From a virus: DNA of 64,000 bases. Shown piece after piece: positions 62,028 to 64,000 of this stretch. The translations under genes and the position numbers were made by a program. How positions within the stretch are numbered: the stretch's first letter is position 1; each line of letters starts with the position of its first letter. The DNA lies in IMG/VR virus record IMGVR_UViG_3300031566_000014, positions 1-64,000 of that record, one strand, 5' to 3'. Below the pieces are notes generated by a model. It had not been told where the DNA came from. It saw only the letters and a program-made list of their open reading frames with translations, and searched no databases.

Positions 62028-62056
62028 AGTATACCACGGGACATTGCGGATGTCAA
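62028..62056 (-). promoter_or_regulatory. sigma70-type promoter of the antisense moron
   Basis: TTGACA-17 bp-TATACT with TG extension. Confidence 0.85.
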
Positions 62057-62091
62057 GGCCCCGCTCTATCCCCTTGTCAAGGAGTTCCGCC

Positions 62092-62976
62092 ATGTTGTCC
62101 CTAGCCTCGCAGAAGAAGACCTACGACCCGAATGCCGCTGGACTGACTGGCGGGCTGGGGCCTCTGGCCAGCATGGCGTCGGGCGCTCCTGGCTCGCAGG
62201 TGGCCTCGCCGTCGCCAGTGAAGCCCATCATGTCATCCGGCGGCGTGCCGCTGGGGGCGGGCTGGTCGAATGCCAGGGCCGGCGCTGGCGGCGTCGTGGC
62301 TCCCGCCTACACGACGCGGGGCGACATCGCTGCCCAGCGCGGAGTGGAAGCTGGCAGGGAGGCGCAGCGCAACGAGTATCTCTCGGGGGCCATGGCGGCG
62401 GGCGCGCCGGGCGCCTGGCAGCAGGCCGGCTACGGGCAGGAGTACTGGGAGAATGAGCGCAAGACGCAAGAGGCCCTGCTGAGCCGGCGTATCGCGGCCA
62501 AGCGGGCGCAGCTAAATGCCCGCCGCCGGGCGGGCAGCATCGACGCGGCGGATTACGACCTTGAGATGAGCAATCTGGCCGCGCAGCAGAGTTCCGGGCT
62601 TACGGCGATCCGCAACAGCATCGCGGCGCAGCGGATGGAACAGGGCCAGTCTGCGGCGATGCAGCAGGCCCAGTTGGGCATCGCGGCGGCGGGGGCCGTG
62701 CCGAGCGACCGCATGTCGCCCGTGGACACGACGCCGAAGCTGCCGAACGTGAGCGCCATGGGTGGGGGGAGGGGAGGGGGCAGCAGGACGGAACTCGGGC
62801 AGGAGATGGCGGCAATCGCCCAAGACCTCGCCAAGTATGGGAGTTGGGACAACGTTCCGAGGCCCATACAGGACGCATACAGGCAGCGATACCCGAATGC
62901 CGGGTTGCCCGCTCCGGCCCAGCCTAGTACGGGCAGTTTCGTAGATGCATCCGGCAACACGCAATGGTATGGCTAG
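62092..62976 (+). CDS. putative internal virion / DNA ejection protein
   Basis: Ala/Gly/Gln-rich helical protein, AAGGAG RBS, position after tail genes. Confidence 0.6.
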   Translation: MLSLASQKKTYDPNAAGLTGGLGPLASMASGAPGSQVASPSPVKPIMSSGGVPLGAGWSNARAGAGGVVAPAYTTRGDIAAQRGVEAGREAQRNEYLSGAMAAGAPGAWQQAGYGQEYWENERKTQEALLSRRIAAKRAQLNARRRAGSIDAADYDLEMSNLAAQQSSGLTAIRNSIAAQRMEQGQSAAMQQAQLGIAAAGAVPSDRMSPVDTTPKLPNVSAMGGGRGGGSRTELGQEMAAIAQDLAKYGSWDNVPRPIQDAYRQRYPNAGLPAPAQPSTGSFVDASGNTQWYG

Positions 62977-62995
62977 CAATACATAGGGGCACCCC

Positions 62996-64000
62996 ATGGA
63001 AGTTGACACCGACAAGGACATCGCCTCCTGGTCCGACGAGGAACTCGCGCGGGCCAAGAGCGAGTACGAGGCGAAGATGGCCGGCTTGCAGAGCAAGCTC
63101 TACAGCGCCCAGATCATCGGCGGCAACACGGCGGCCATGGAGGCGCTGAAGTATCAGGGGCGCGTGGCCAAGATCAACCAGGAGACGGCGAAGCGCAACG
63201 CCGCCGCAGTGAAGGGAGGGGAGGCCGCAGATGCCCAGAAGATGACGGCCCGCAGCATTCAACATCAGGGCCTGCGGGCGGCTGGGCGGACGCCGACCAT
63301 GGCCCCGTCGACTCCGAATGCTGGAGCGCCTCTTGCCGAGGCTTCGGCTGGCCCGCTGGCGCGGCCCGCTCCGCCGTCGGTGAGTGTTGCGGACTTCTTC
63401 GGGCGCGGGGCCGATGTGGGGCCGGCGGCCGGCGGGGGCACGTTCGCTTCGCTCGGCGAGGCCCCCTCGCAGGAGGGCGGCGGGGGGCAGACACTCTACA
63501 CCACGCCAGCGCCCGCGCTTCTTCCCAACGCGCCGGCCCCACGGGCGCGCATGCCGCTGGGGGTAACGCCGCCGATGCAGCGGTACGATCGCGTGGCACC
63601 TGAGCCGCGCTCGCCCGCGCAGAGGGACATCGCCCATAGTGAGTACATCGTGAAGTTGGGGATGGCCGGCCTCATGGCCCCGCCGCACAACCTGACGGCG
63701 GAGCAGGCGCAGAAGCAGCTCGCAGTGGCGATGCAGCACCTCGAAGGCGTCAAGGCCATGGAGGGCGCCGTGGCGCCCCCTATCCCCGGAGTGGGGCAAG
63801 GGGTAGGGCAGGCCGTAGACGAGTTCGGCAACCCGCTACCCACAGAGGCCGACCTTGCCGCCGCTACCCCGCGCGTCGGTATCCCAGGCACATATCGCGG
63901 CGCGACGACCATGGAGCAGACCAAGGCGGGGCAGGGGCAGTTCCTCGGAGCATATCAGAACGAGGCGCCGGGTATCAGTCACGGCGGCATGATTCCTGCC
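62996..64000 (+). CDS. putative internal virion / ejection protein (runs off the window)
   Basis: Read by hand: MEVDTDKDIASWSDEELARAK...; no stop seen before the window end. Confidence 0.65.
   Translation, partial: MEVDTDKDIASWSDEELARAKSEYEAKMAGLQSKLYSAQIIGGNTAAMEALKYQGRVAKINQETAKRNAAAVKGGEAADAQKMTARSIQHQGLRAAGRTPTMAPSTPNAGAPLAEASAGPLARPAPPSVSVADFFGRGADVGPAAGGGTFASLGEAPSQEGGGGQTLYTTPAPALLPNAPAPRARMPLGVTPPMQRYDRVAPEPRSPAQRDIAHSEYIVKLGMAGLMAPPHNLTAEQAQKQLAVAMQHLEGVKAMEGAVAPPIPGVGQGVGQAVDEFGNPLPTEADLAAATPRVGIPGTYRGATTMEQTKAGQGQFLGAYQNEAPGISHGGMIPA

Larger units (their letters stand above)
1..64000. mobile_element. Tailed dsDNA bacteriophage genome segment (podovirus-like head/tail module)
   Basis: Terminase-portal-scaffold-capsid-adaptor-nozzle order, RusA/ERF/replication initiator genes, dense small overlapping ORFs in two divergent arms, no host housekeeping genes. 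Confidence 0.95.

Noticed and set aside
62969-62998. Stop-codon readthrough or recoding (ATG at 62969 in frame with the 62996 ORF across a TAG)
   Set aside because: TAG ends many genes normally, including the capsid gene; no suppressor tRNA is seen; ATG 62996 has its own purine-rich RBS.
1-64000. Integrase/att site, reverse transcriptase (DGR or retron), transposase, DNA polymerase, endolysin
   Set aside because: No catalytic motifs recognised in any ORF; lifestyle cannot be decided from this window.
1-64000. Host assignment
   Set aside because: High GC, sigma70 promoters, lipoproteins and GT9-like genes suggest a diderm bacterium, but nothing in the sequence fixes the taxon.

Overview
The whole window is part of a high-GC tailed dsDNA phage genome with podovirus-type (P22/SU10-like) morphogenesis genes. 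No host genes, integrase, DNA polymerase or endolysin are recognisable. Positions 1-24.8 kb are about 60 tightly overlapping minus-strand genes, mostly small hypotheticals. They include a RusA resolvase, an ERF-family recombinase, an amino-MTase with six repeated SPP(Y/F) motifs, an HTH replication initiator with an intragenic iteron/DnaA-box origin, a Mom-family adenine-modification enzyme, an HNH-type nuclease and a clamp-loader-like AAA+ ATPase. A ~1 kb non-coding control region at 20.4-21.3 kb may be the genome end. Divergent sigma70-type promoters at ~25.1 kb switch to the plus strand: small genes, two CAU-anticodon tRNAs, terminase, portal, scaffold, major capsid, adaptor and nozzle. These are followed by a large glycosyltransferase/methyltransferase/radical-SAM cluster, membrane and signal-peptide proteins, a Ser-Gly-aromatic repeat fibre, an antisense two-gene moron and probable ejection proteins. 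Main findings: (1) a non-canonical tRNA-Gly(UCC) gene lies inside the 3' end of the mom CDS, suggesting a self-contained tRNA-dependent DNA hypermodification cassette; (2) the nozzle gene appears split by a ~16 kb island bounded by in-frame GCACCA repeats; (3) that island carries a large putative virion-glycosylation system; (4) a 121-nt tRNA-scaffold RNA has hairpins in place of its D and anticodon loops; (5) repeated gene-junction sequences give a cassette-like mini-gene array. All product calls rest on motif recognition by eye and gene order; no database searches were run.
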